In this document: in pieces, positions 10,812 to 21,004 of the stretch
How the letters are laid out: each line of letters starts with the position of its first letter
Numbering within the stretch: position 1 is the stretch's first letter
Assembly: GCA_963758525.1 (NCBI GenBank)
Contig: CAVWVQ010000003.1
Coordinates: forward strand, 384,001 to 448,000
Origin: an uncultured Phycisphaerales bacterium
GTDB taxonomy: Bacteria > Planctomycetota > Phycisphaerae > Tepidisphaerales > Tepidisphaeraceae
Direction of reading: 5' to 3'
DNA: 64,000 nt
Notes under the pieces: model-generated
What the model was told of the DNA's origin: nothing
What the model saw: only the letters and a program-made list of their open reading frames with translations
Databases searched by the model: none
Position numbers and translations under genes: made by a program

Positions 10812-12107
10812 TCACAGTTCCCACGCGAAGATGCCGGCGACGTCATCCAAGACTTTTTCCATCAGCGGCCTGCGGAGCCACTGCTCGTAAGTCATCTCGC
10901 GTGACTGCTTGCGATCGGCTTCAAATACCTTCACCTGCTTCAGGGCGAATGGTCCGTCCAGCACATTGAGGTTGGCCTCGTCGTTCAGGCGGAACGAGCG
11001 ATTGTCAAAGTTGGACGATCCGACCGAAACCCACGCATCATCGATAATCAGTTGTTTGCAATGAAACATCGTCGGGTGGAACTCGTAGATCCGTACTCCT
11101 GCCTGCAGCAACTCCCCCCACCGGGCGCGGGAAGCGCGGCGAACCACGTGCATGTCGATTTGTGCCGAGGGAACAATAATCTCGACCGAGACGCCGCGGC
11201 GGCGCGCGGCGATCAGCGATCGAATCGTCAGATCATCTGGCACGAAGTACGCGCTTTCGATGCGGACGTTTTTCCCCGCGGCCGCCAGGGAGAGCAGTAC
11301 CAGAAGTTGCATGTTTTCACTGCCCCCCTGGGATGAGCTTCTGAAGACCTGGGCGTATTCGGAGCCGACCGACGGCAGCTTCGGAAAATAACACTCTCCG
11401 TCGAGAACCTCGCCAGTCGTCTGCATCCAGTTATCGACAAACGCGGCCTGCAGACCCCCCACCACCGGCCCTTCGACCCGGTAATGATTGTCGCGCCACT
11501 GGCCGGGACGATCGCCATGTCCGCGCCACTCGTCGGCGATGCCGACGCCCCCCGTGAATCCAATCAACCCGTCCACTACGAGGATCTTTCGGTGGGTGCG
11601 ATGATTGACCTGGCCGTAGGAGGATGGGTCGAGCAGGTGCAACGGGTGATATTCAAACACTTCCACCCCAGCCCTTTTCATCGCGTCTATGTAGCGATGA
11701 TCGATCTGTGCACTCCCGTACCAATCGAGCAGAACATGCACCTTCACGCCGGCCCGCGCCCGTCGGCAAAACGCCGCGGAGAATTCATCGCCGATGGCGC
11801 CCTGCCAGTAGATGAACGTTTCGAACGTGATTGACCTCTTTGCGCCGGCTATCGCGTCCAGCATGGCGGGGAATATTTCGTCGCCGTTTTGCAGGGTCTT
11901 GCACGAGTTGCCTCCTAGCAGTGGGGGGCCCAGAAGGTTCCCCATGGTCAGGGGGAACTGCGGATCGTGAACGGTATATCTCGATTGAATCTGATAGTAA
12001 ATCGGCCGTTCGCTTGTGCATCCGCCCACGTATGCCACCGCGACAAATCCGATCGCCCAGAGCGCGGTCCCGCGCTGAGGCGCGGCAGTTTGCAATCCGC
12101 ATTTCAT
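10812..12107 (-). CDS. cls: Cardiolipin synthase / phospholipase D family
   Basis: Two HKD motifs (HRKILVVD, HCKQLIID), GSSNFDNRS; start codon uncertain. Confidence 0.92.
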   Translation of the reverse strand: MKCGLQTAAPQRGTALWAIGFVAVAYVGGCTSERPIYYQIQSRYTVHDPQFPLTMGNLLGPPLLGGNSCKTLQNGDEIFPAMLDAIAGAKRSITFETFIYWQGAIGDEFSAAFCRRARAGVKVHVLLDWYGSAQIDHRYIDAMKRAGVEVFEYHPLHLLDPSSYGQVNHRTHRKILVVDGLIGFTGGVGIADEWRGHGDRPGQWRDNHYRVEGPVVGGLQAAFVDNWMQTTGEVLDGECYFPKLPSVGSEYAQVFRSSSQGGSENMQLLVLLSLAAAGKNVRIESAYFVPDDLTIRSLIAARRRGVSVEIIVPSAQIDMHVVRRASRARWGELLQAGVRIYEFHPTMFHCKQLIIDDAWVSVGSSNFDNRSFRLNDEANLNVLDGPFALKQVKVFEADRKQSREMTYEQWLRRPLMEKVLDDVAGIFAWEL

Positions 12108-12378
12108 GAGCCGTTCCTCCTCCACCGGGCTCATCATAGCTGCGGCGAAAAATTCGGGGAATTGCGAATCTGCAGTTGCGCACTACGCGTGCTGGACGGC
12201 AGATGCGGAATCCGCAGGCGCGGCGCATTGCGACGCCAGTCCGGAATGTTCTCGCGCGACGAATTCGACTCACCCTTCGGACCGACGCTCGACGATGGCA
12301 TAGTGAGTGCGGATGTTCTCGGACGTTGCGTCGATGCCAAGCCGGTGAACCTGTTGCACATTCGAAAATGGAGTCTGT

Positions 12379-13410
12379 ATGAAAAACTGGATGAATCTTG
12401 CTCTCGTGGCGACGTTTGTAATCACCGGCGTACTCGTGTGGGCCGGGGTGAAAGACCGCGGAGTGTCTCCGACGATGGCCGCCACAACCGCCGGTGGGTC
12501 GGAAACGGCGGTTCTTCCCACACTGAAGATTCAGGTTGAGACAGTTTCGGCGCAGCAACCGGTGCAGACTGCAGCGCCACTCAGCACGGCAACCCTGGCG
12601 CCTCCCGCAACTTCCCAGCCCGAAATCACCGCGTTGAAACCAACTGCTCATGACGCACGCCAGACCATGCCGATCGCGGCGCGCGATGGATCGGCCTCCG
12701 TTTCCTACATCGCTCAACCGGGCGATACGATTTCAAAACTGGCGGTCGACTTTTTCGGCAGCGACAGCAAGGCCAACGAGGACGCGATCCTCAACAGCAA
12801 CCCGTCGCTTCATCAGAACGCGGATCGCATCCTCGCCGGCGAGTCGTACCTGATTCCCGCCCGATTCCCCGACGCCGCGGACGCCTCCGTCTCTTCGTCA
12901 GGACCATCGCCAGCCGTGGCGACGCAGCCAGAGGCGGCCGCCAATGTCCATCAGTTGCGCTACAGCGCGCGTCCGGGCGACACCGTTTCGATCCTGGCCG
13001 GGGCTCTTTTGGGCAGCGACACCAACGAGAAGCGCGATGCCATCATCAATGCGAATCCGTCATTGAGCGCAGATCCCGATCGCGTGGTGCCCGGAAAGAC
13101 TTATCAGATCCCGGTGCAGTCCAGCCAGCCTCTGGCCGCGGCTCCGTCCACCACTCATGAGCCGGCCGCTGCCCCCACGACACAGCCTGACGCAGATCAA
13201 CTGGTGCTGGCCGGCTCGACACGGGAGCTGAGGTATACCGCCAAAGACGGCGACAATGTGTCGACGCTGGCCAAGGCGCTGCTCGGCAGCGACACGAAGG
13301 AGAATCGTGATGCCATCGTCAACAGCAACCCGTCATTGAAAGAAGACCCCGATCGCGTGCTTGCCGGCCAGACGTATTGGATCCCGGCGCCGACGGCGCT
13401 GCATCCATGA
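12379..13410 (+). CDS. Membrane-anchored protein with three LysM-like domains
   Basis: N-terminal TM helix; three repeats of Y-x-A-x-x-GD-x-(I/V)S...I-x-N-x-NPSL...DR...G-x-x-Y-x-IP. Confidence 0.88.
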   Translation: MKNWMNLALVATFVITGVLVWAGVKDRGVSPTMAATTAGGSETAVLPTLKIQVETVSAQQPVQTAAPLSTATLAPPATSQPEITALKPTAHDARQTMPIAARDGSASVSYIAQPGDTISKLAVDFFGSDSKANEDAILNSNPSLHQNADRILAGESYLIPARFPDAADASVSSSGPSPAVATQPEAAANVHQLRYSARPGDTVSILAGALLGSDTNEKRDAIINANPSLSADPDRVVPGKTYQIPVQSSQPLAAAPSTTHEPAAAPTTQPDADQLVLAGSTRELRYTAKDGDNVSTLAKALLGSDTKENRDAIVNSNPSLKEDPDRVLAGQTYWIPAPTALHP

Positions 13411-13529
13411 GTCCAGCCAGAGTTCGCATCTTCAAATTCTGAGTTGATACGGGGACGGATTTCATCCGTCCCCGTTTTCATTATGATCTCCGCCAACCAG
13501 CAGCGCGTGCCACAAGAAAAGAGCGAGGC

Positions 13530-14995
13530 ATGCCGATTCCCGAACTGAATGCCTTTTCATCTGCCGGCCAAATGCTCCACGCGATGCGCGCCGGCAGCAT
13601 CTGTGCTGTTGAGTTGCTTGAGGACCACCTGCGACGGATCGATCGGCTCGATGGGCCGCTCAACTCGATCATTGTCCGTCACACCGAACAGGCTCGTCTC
13701 GACGCGCTCCAGGCGGATGCCGCGCGAGCGCGGGGCGAGCACCTCCCGCTCCTGGGTCTTCCGGTGACCGTCAAGGAATCGATCGACGTGGCGGGCTTGC
13801 CATCGACCGCCGGAGTTGCGGCGCACGCTTCTCACCGGGCTGAGAAGGACGCGATTACCGTTGCGCGGCTGCGAGCCGCCGGCGCGGTCGTGATCGGCAA
13901 GACCAATGTCTGCCCGTATCTGGCTGATCTCATCGCGGACAATCCCGTCTACGGCCGCACCAACAATCCGTGGGATCTGACGCGCACGCCCGGCGGAAGC
14001 TCCGGCGGCTCAGGGGCGCTCGCCGCCGGCTTCACGCCGCTGGACTTGGGCAGCGATCTGGGCGGATCGATCCGCATTCCCGCCGCCTTCTGCGGGCTCT
14101 GGGGCCACAAGCCCAGCGAAGGCGCCGTTCCCAACAGCGGCCACTTTCCCGGCTCATCGTTGCCCAATGCCGGCTGGCTCATGGCGGCGCAGGGGCCGAT
14201 GGCCAGGTCGGCGTTTGATCTCGAACTGGCACTCGATGTATTAGCCGGACCGGACGTGGGAATGGACGCCGCCTGGCGCCTGGAGTTCCCCCCGCCCGGC
14301 ATGATCGCCTGGCCGACTTTCGCGTGGCGATCCTGCCGTCGCTCGACTGGCTGCCGGTGGATCACCAGATCATCTCCGCCATCGCCGCATTCGCCCATGC
14401 GCTGCGCGGTCAAGGCGTCAAGGTTGTCGAACAGTCTCCTCCCGGCCTTGGCGACCTCCATGAGTTCCATGGGTTTCATCGGTCGATGTTGTCCGCCCTG
14501 GTTTCGTCACGCTGGCCCGCCGAGCAACGTGAACGGATCATCAAGGATCGCGAGTCGCGCGGCGAGTTCTCCCACTCCGCCGACGCCGTGGGCTTTCGCG
14601 CCACCGCCGCCGATTTTCTGCAATGGCACGATCAACGCGAGCAGTACCGCGACGGCCTGCGCACTTTCTTTCGCGAATTCGACGTGCTCATTACGCCCAG
14701 CTCTCTAGTTCCCGCCTTTCACCACCCGACAATTCCCGTCTCCGACCGCCAACTCGAGATCAACGGCAAAGAAATCGGCTTTGACTATATGACCTTCTAC
14801 CCCGGCCTCGCGTCACTCCCCGGCCACGGCGCCACCGCCTTCCCGCTGGGACTCAGCGAGTCCGGCTTGCCGCTGGGGGCTCAAGCGATCGGCCCGTTCC
14901 TCGAAGATCGCACGCCGATCCGTTTCGCGCAACTTGTTGAACAGGCGTTGGGCGGCTTCACAGCGCCGCCAGAGTACGCGCAGGACGCGAGGTAG
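13530..14995 (+). CDS. Amidase signature family enzyme (frameshift near 14295)
   Basis: PVTVKES, TPGGSSGGS, GSDLGGSIRIPAAFCG; the C-terminal half is in ORF 14324-14995. Confidence 0.92.
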
Positions 14996-15048
14996 CGTAC
15001 GGTGTGCCCGATCTTTGCGGTTGCTTGTAACTTTGGGTACTGCAACTA

Positions 15049-15093
15049 TTTCCCCCTCCCCTGGTACTCCGAGGGGAGGGCCGGGGGTGGGGG
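15049..15093. repeat. Palindromic CCCCTCCCCTGGTAC-type repeat
   Basis: Related copies at 49712-49754, 57482-57522 and inside the gene at 6470-6790. Confidence 0.75.
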
Positions 15094-15205
15094 CTGGCGG
15101 GGTAGCGCGGTCCGATTAGTATCGAGTCGACTCTGCGATCAAAGAGGAGCGGTTGATCGTGCTGGTGATCGACATCGGTCACAGGCGAGAGGTCTATCGC
15201 CGGAA

Positions 15206-16249
15206 ATGGCTGTGATGACTACGTATTTCATGTCGTGCGCGAGGCGAACTTGTGTCGGAAACACGCTCGCGGTGCTGATCATTCTCGCATCGACCGTCAC
15301 CGCGCGCGCCGAAAAAACTTCCCTCGTCGCCGGCGGCGGATCGGGCGGCGACGGAAGCCAGGCGACGCAGGCGAAGCTGGATAAGCCTTTCGCCATAACG
15401 TTCGACAAAGCGGGCAACCTTTACATCGGCGAATTCGAAGGCTGCCGGGTGCTGAAGGTCGATCCGGCAGGCGCGTTTACAACACTCGCAGGAACCGGCG
15501 GAAAGGGGTTTGCCGGCGACGGCGGACCCGCCGTCAACGCGGAGTTCAACCGCATTCACGACATCGTCACCGGCGCCGATGGCAATCTCTATCTTGCCGA
15601 CAGCAGCAATCGCCGCGTGCGCGAGATCGATCTCAAGACCGGCATTGTGAGCACCTTCGCCGGCACCGGCGTCGGAAAAGCGTCGAGCGGTGACCATGGA
15701 CCGGCCGACAAGGCCTCGCTCGATGGCGTCGCCAGTCTCTTCTTCGACCCATCCGGCAAAACGCTCTTTCTTTCCGGGTTCAGCAAATCCGTCCGTGCGA
15801 TCGACATGAAGACGAGGATCATCACGACTCTCGCGGGCGTGCCCGGCGGTCGCAGCATCGCGATTGATTCCAGGAGCAATCTGTATGTTGCCAGCGGCCA
15901 AACTCTCAGCGTCCGCTCGCCCGACGGCAGAGTGCAGGTGCTGCTCGACAAGACTCACACCGGCGGCACGCCGCTTCCTCTTGGGGACAGCCCCAAGCAC
16001 CTTGCCATCGATGCCCGCGACAATGTCTGGATCTGCGACGAGCAGCACTCGCTGATTCGCGAATATCTCCCTGGCAGCGGCAAGCTCGTGACGATCGCCG
16101 GCAACGGGAAGCCGGGAAGCGCCGGGCTGGGCGGACCGCCTTCGGAATTGCAGTTGAACCGTCCCCACGGCATCTATTTCGAGGCCGCAACCGGCGTAAT
16201 GTACGTCGCCGACAGCATGAATGACCGGGTGATCAAAATTGAGCCGTAG
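15206..16249 (+). CDS. Secreted NHL-repeat beta-propeller protein
   Basis: Repeated GNLYI/LAD, AGTG..GF.GDGGPA, LNRPHGI motifs; signal peptide. Confidence 0.88.
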   Translation: MAVMTTYFMSCARRTCVGNTLAVLIILASTVTARAEKTSLVAGGGSGGDGSQATQAKLDKPFAITFDKAGNLYIGEFEGCRVLKVDPAGAFTTLAGTGGKGFAGDGGPAVNAEFNRIHDIVTGADGNLYLADSSNRRVREIDLKTGIVSTFAGTGVGKASSGDHGPADKASLDGVASLFFDPSGKTLFLSGFSKSVRAIDMKTRIITTLAGVPGGRSIAIDSRSNLYVASGQTLSVRSPDGRVQVLLDKTHTGGTPLPLGDSPKHLAIDARDNVWICDEQHSLIREYLPGSGKLVTIAGNGKPGSAGLGGPPSELQLNRPHGIYFEAATGVMYVADSMNDRVIKIEP

Positions 16250-16339
16250 CGGTCCGAGCCCGCAGACCGCCCATCGAACTGTCGCCAAAGTGCGATGATT
16301 TCGACAAGTGCATCGTCGCGCCGGCAAAATGCCCGGACG

Positions 16340-18007
16340 ATGAACTTTCTCAAAAGGGGCGTGCTCTTCACGCTAACCGGTACAGCGATTTTCCTCTTTG
16401 GCTGCGCCGCGGCTCCGAGCCTCACGCACGACGCGGAATGCCTCCGCGAACACGTCATCACTGTTGACGGCAAAGGCAGACCGCACGACCCCGCGGTGGC
16501 GGATGGTCGCGAATACAACATGACCGAGTATCGCTGCCAGATCGCACAGATGTTCGAGGCGATGGACGCCTTCTACAAAACCCATTCCGATCGCAAAGTG
16601 CTGCTGTTCGTTCATGGCGGTTTGAATGCTCCGGCCGACTCGCTGCAAAGCGCCGACGCGGAGATGGACCATGTTATCGCCGCGGGCTACTACCCGATTT
16701 ACCTCGATTGGAATTCAGACGTGCTGAGCACCTACGGCGAGCACCTCACCAGCATCACGCAGGGACAGACGGATGAAACCTTCGGCCGGGCGCTCATGAC
16801 GCCGTTTTACCTGATCGCGGACATCCTCCGCGCGGCGGGACGTTTGCCGATCGTCCTGGTCAATCAGGCCGGAGGTGATCTTGCGGCGGCCGCGGAAGAC
16901 GTGGCGACGCTGCCGAGACGTCGGCGGTTGGCCGCAACAATGCCATCGAGTGCCGATGCAACCCTGCAACGATGGGCACGAGGCAAACATGGGCTGGCGC
17001 TGGCGAAACTGTATGCGCAGTTGCGAAGCGCCCAGATCGAAGACGACAGGAAATTGAAGGAAATCAGCGGGTGGCAGCGAAAAGAGCTGCGCATCTACAT
17101 CGGACCGGATCTGGATGTCGATCCGGGACACATGGCCAGGCTTGCCGCCACATACGCGATCACTGCGCCGACCAAGTTCGTATCCCAACCATTGATCGAT
17201 TGGGTCGGGACTCCAGCATGGCAAAACATGCTGCGGCGAACGCTCATGGCGTTTGACGGTGATCTGGGCGGCAATCCCAACGATCCGGAGGTCGATCCGA
17301 CGCTGCTGGGCCACCGCGAAAATCGCGCAAAACACGCCGATGATTTCACCTCGACGGGCGCGCTGGAGGTGTTTCGAGAGGAACTGGAGAAAGTCACCGA
17401 AAATCATCCCTCTGATCCCGCGGCGACCCAACCCGACCAGCCTCGGTATCACATCACCCTGGTCGGCCACAGCATGGGAACGATGGTGCTCAACGAATGG
17501 CTTCGCCGGGATCTGCTGGAAAGCAAGGATGAGGATTACACGAACATTGTTTACATGGCCGCCGCATGCTCCGTGCGGGATTTCGGCCGCGCGGTCGTGC
17601 CGTATCTGCTGCAGCATCAGCAGACACAATTCTATAACCTGATGCTGCATCCCCTGGCCGAACTGCGCGAGCGCCGCCGGGCGTACGATCTGGTGCCGCG
17701 GGGAAGCCTGCTGGTTTGGCTGGACAGCTTCCTCACCGACCCCCAGGCGACGCTCGATCGAACCATGGGCCGGTGGGACAACGTGATTTCGGCCACGGAG
17801 CTGATTCCACTGAGCATACGCAAGCAGGTGACGCTGAAGGCTTTTGCCCTTGCGCCCTACAACGATCCCACGCCCCCGCCCTGCGAACCCGACTACGGCC
17901 CGCAGGAGCACGGCCAATTCCGCGGCCGACCGTACTGGTGCGAGGACTTCTGGAAATGCCAGGATGCGGTGGTGCCGGGAATCGACTGCGCAGACGTGGC
18001 GAAGTAG
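16340..18007 (+). CDS. Lipoprotein, alpha/beta-hydrolase-like
   Basis: LFGC lipobox, LLFVHGG, GHSMG nucleophile elbow, C-terminal His. Confidence 0.7.
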   Translation: MNFLKRGVLFTLTGTAIFLFGCAAAPSLTHDAECLREHVITVDGKGRPHDPAVADGREYNMTEYRCQIAQMFEAMDAFYKTHSDRKVLLFVHGGLNAPADSLQSADAEMDHVIAAGYYPIYLDWNSDVLSTYGEHLTSITQGQTDETFGRALMTPFYLIADILRAAGRLPIVLVNQAGGDLAAAAEDVATLPRRRRLAATMPSSADATLQRWARGKHGLALAKLYAQLRSAQIEDDRKLKEISGWQRKELRIYIGPDLDVDPGHMARLAATYAITAPTKFVSQPLIDWVGTPAWQNMLRRTLMAFDGDLGGNPNDPEVDPTLLGHRENRAKHADDFTSTGALEVFREELEKVTENHPSDPAATQPDQPRYHITLVGHSMGTMVLNEWLRRDLLESKDEDYTNIVYMAAACSVRDFGRAVVPYLLQHQQTQFYNLMLHPLAELRERRRAYDLVPRGSLLVWLDSFLTDPQATLDRTMGRWDNVISATELIPLSIRKQVTLKAFALAPYNDPTPPPCEPDYGPQEHGQFRGRPYWCEDFWKCQDAVVPGIDCADVAK

Positions 18008-18039
18008 CCAGAGTAATCCTTAGATTGAGATGTGGCGTT

Positions 18040-18092
18040 GTAGTGCAGGCTTCCACCCTGCCTCTGAGGAGCAGGCTGGAAGCCCGCACCAC
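18040..18092. repeat. Third REP class, inverted doublet
   Basis: GTAGTGCAGGCTTCCACCCTGC ... GCAGGCTGGAAGCCCGCACCAC; a related copy lies at 35425-35482. Confidence 0.7.
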
Positions 18093-18130
18093 AATGGGCG
18101 CCACTCCAACCTGAAAACTGCTCCAAGCCC

Positions 18131-19482
18131 TCACCCAAACGTCCGTGGCTGCCCCGTCGCTTCCAACACGCTCATCCAAAGATCGCCGTGCGGATCGACG
18201 CCGTTGCGCTGGCGAATCGCCAGGGGCATCGGCACGTGCACGAATCGACCGTGCCATTTGCCGACCACCATCTCGGTGCGGCCGGACATTGCGGCGTGCA
18301 CCGCGTTGTGCGCCAGGCGGACGCAATAGACGCTGTCGTGCGGATTGGCCGGCACGCTGCGAATCGCGTAGCTCGGGTCGATGTATTTGAGATTCAGCTC
18401 AACGCCGATCGACTTGAAATGGCTGGTCATCCGATCGCGCAGCCAGGGACCCACGTCGGTCAGCTTTTTGTTTCCCGAGGCATCGGTCCCGCCACTGGCG
18501 GCTTCCATCAAATCCTGGCCGGCGCCTTCGGCGACAACGACGACCGCGTGCCCGCGTCGTTCCAGGCGTCGCCGCAGCACGGCCAACAGTCCGTTGTCTC
18601 CCTCCAACTGAAACGGCACCTCAGGAATCAGCACGAAGTTCGCGTCGCTCATCGCCAGCGAGGCATAACATGCGATGAATCCCGAATGACGGCCCATCAA
18701 CTTCACCAGCCCGACTCCATTGGGCGCCCCCGTCGATTCCACATGGGCGGCGCGAATCGACTTGGTCGCCTCGGAGAAGGCCGTCTGAAACCCGAAACTT
18801 TGATCGATGAACATGATGTCGTTGTCGATCGTCTTGGGAATGCCGACAACGGCCATCTTGTTTCCCCGCTCGGTGATCTCTTTGACGATCCCCATTGCGC
18901 CGCGAATCGTTCCGTCCCCTCCGATGACAAACAGGACGTTGACGCCCATGCGCTCCAGGCAATCGACCACATGTGCGGGGTCCTGCTCTCCGCGCGAGGA
19001 GCCGAGAATGGTGCCGCCGTGCTCGGTGATGTCGGAGACGACCTCGGGCGAAAGGTCCAGGGTGGCCCGGCGGTAACGTGCCACAAATCCTTCGTAACCA
19101 TTGCAAAACCCATAAACGCGCTGCACGCCATACCGTCGGCAGAGTTCCATCGTGAGTCCGCGGATGACGTCATTGAGTCCGGGGCAAAGTCCGCCGCAGG
19201 TCACGATGCCCGCGCGGGTTTTGGAAGGGTCGAAATAGATTTTGCGCGCGGCCCCGCGGGCTCGAACGCCGGCAAATCCATGGCAGCCCGGCTCCGCGCG
19301 GCGACGGCCGAGAGCGTGTCGTCGAGCAGAACGCGGTCGAATTCCTCGACATAGTGCGCGGACTGCTGCCGCTGGGCGAGCAACTCCACCAGAGGGGAAT
19401 CGATGCGCGCCGTGCCGAGGGTTTTGACGATCAGATCAGCATTGTCGACCGCTGGCGGGCCGAAGGACGAAGGTGCCACCAT
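18131..19482 (-). CDS. pfkA: ATP-dependent 6-phosphofructokinase, group X type (frameshift near 19230-19250)
   Basis: TCGGLCPGLN, GGDGT, PKTIDND, MGRHSG; N-terminus FEPAGPR in the adjacent frame. Confidence 0.93.
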
Positions 19483-19631
19483 GTTGTCGTGCGCGGGCGG
19501 GGTTGCCGGGAGTATATCCGAAGGCAGGCCGGGGGCGTCAACCGTTTGGCAAAGGCGGATGATTCGAAAACAGCTTCTGGTGGAGCTGATTCGTGATTTT
19601 CGGAATTTTTCGGATCGGAATCCGTTTTCTG

Positions 19632-19781
19632 GCGTGCGCAGCACTCTGAATCGTTTAGCCGCCTCGCTCGCGAGGCATGTCCAGCGTCGCGGATGTTCAG
19701 CTTGGCGCGAATTGTGACAAGGGCGCAACTGGACACGCCTCGCAAGCGAGGCGGCTAAACGATTTGGAGTGCTGCGCACGC
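19632..19781. repeat. Long inverted repeat (~50-bp arms) with internal hairpins
   Basis: GCGTGCGCAGCACTC..GTTTAGCCGCCTCGC..GCGAGGC paired with GCCTCGCAAGCGAGGCGGCTAAAC..GAGTGCTGCGCACGC. Confidence 0.8.
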
Positions 19782-19849
19782 GGGCAGGAACAGAGCCGCG
19801 CGAGCTGCGCGCCGATCGGAAAGTTCCCCTGCCGAAGCGCTGTACCAAA

Positions 19850-19879
19850 GGAAAGAGCCGCGTTGCCGCGGCTCTTTCC
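19850..19879 (-). terminator. Probable intrinsic terminator after the RRM gene
   Basis: Hairpin GGAAAGAGCCGCG-TTGC-CGCGGCTCTTTCC about 25 nt past the stop codon. Confidence 0.6.
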
Positions 19880-19902
19880 TGCAAAAGTGTTGAGTTGAAG
19901 GA

Positions 19903-20244
19903 TTAGCGACCGCGGCCACCGCCGCCGCCGTATCCGCCACGGCCTCCGCCGCCGCCGCCGCCGTATCCACCACCGCCGCCGCCGCCGCTGCGGGCTTCCT
20001 TCGGCTTGGCTTCATTGACGGTCAGCGCGCGGCCGCCGTGATCCTGGCCGTTCATCGCCGAGATGGCCGCCTGGGCCTCTTTCTCGCTGCCCATCTCGAC
20101 AAAGCCAAAGCCCTTGCTCTTGCCGGTGTCGCGATCGGTGATGATCTGCGCGCTCTCGACAGTCCCATGCGAGGCGAACATTTCGCCAAGGCTCGAGCTG
20201 TCAACATCGTAACTGAGATTTCCCACGTACAATTTCTTACCCAT
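19903..20244 (-). CDS. RRM RNA-binding protein with Gly-rich tail
   Basis: RNP2 LYVGNL, RNP1 KGFGFVEM; AAGGAG RBS. Confidence 0.96.
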   Translation of the reverse strand: MGKKLYVGNLSYDVDSSSLGEMFASHGTVESAQIITDRDTGKSKGFGFVEMGSEKEAQAAISAMNGQDHGGRALTVNEAKPKEARSGGGGGGGYGGGGGGGRGGYGGGGGRGR

Positions 20245-20415
20245 AAAATTCTCCTTTTGAGAATGGGCAACAGACCCGGTGTTTTACTTTCGAGGTCGAA
20301 CGAAAGAGACCGGAGTATCGGCCCAGACAGGCAGGAGAGTTGATTGGAAAAGATACAGCAGGCAGGAACAAAGCTGCAGCAGAATCTAGTTCGATCAGCG
20401 GACCAAGCCGACAGG

Positions 20416-20444
20416 ATTGTACCAGACAAGACGGCCCGCGTCCA
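20416..20444 (-). promoter_or_regulatory. Sigma70-like promoter of the RRM gene (gives a ~165-nt 5' UTR)
   Basis: TGGACG-17 nt-TACAAT with extended TG. Confidence 0.55.
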
Positions 20445-21004
20445 TCGAATTGGAGAACGAAAAATTGCCTGCGATTTTGACCGATAATACGGCATCTCCC
20501 GCCTCCCAATTCACGCCGACCACGCGCGACTGGGATTCTGCGACGTCTCGGCCCGGCCGGCTTCCAGATGCACGTCGCCAAGCCGCTGGCGCGGCGGATC
20601 TGGTGACCGGGCCGGGGCCGCGCGACGGATGGGACGGGCGCAGTGATCGCCTTTCTTCCCAAGGTGGATGACCGTGTCTGCGCGCTACCCCCTCAACCGG
20701 GAATACATACCGGGAGAGGGGGTAAACGCGCCAGAGATGGTGGTGCACCGCTCTCCCGTCGCGCCATGATCGGTAGACCACCCGCCCGGTCGGGTAAACG
20801 CGCAGAGATGGTCGTGCACCGCAATTGCCCTGCATGCACCGCTTCCGCTCGTTGCTGGCGTTTTGACGGCAGCAGGAATACGCTTATGCCCGGCGACTTG
20901 GCTCTTTCGACCCGCGCCGCCGCTTGCAACTCGCTGGTGTTCCCGCTGCTTCTGTCTTTCCCGCGGGTTGCTTAAGAAGCGAAATTTCTGTTGGAGATGC
21001 GACC

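Noticed and set aside
20720..20822. Two ~31-bp direct repeats 72 bp apart as a mini-CRISPR
   Set aside because: Only two imperfect units, no leader and no cas genes; kept only as a low-interest repeat
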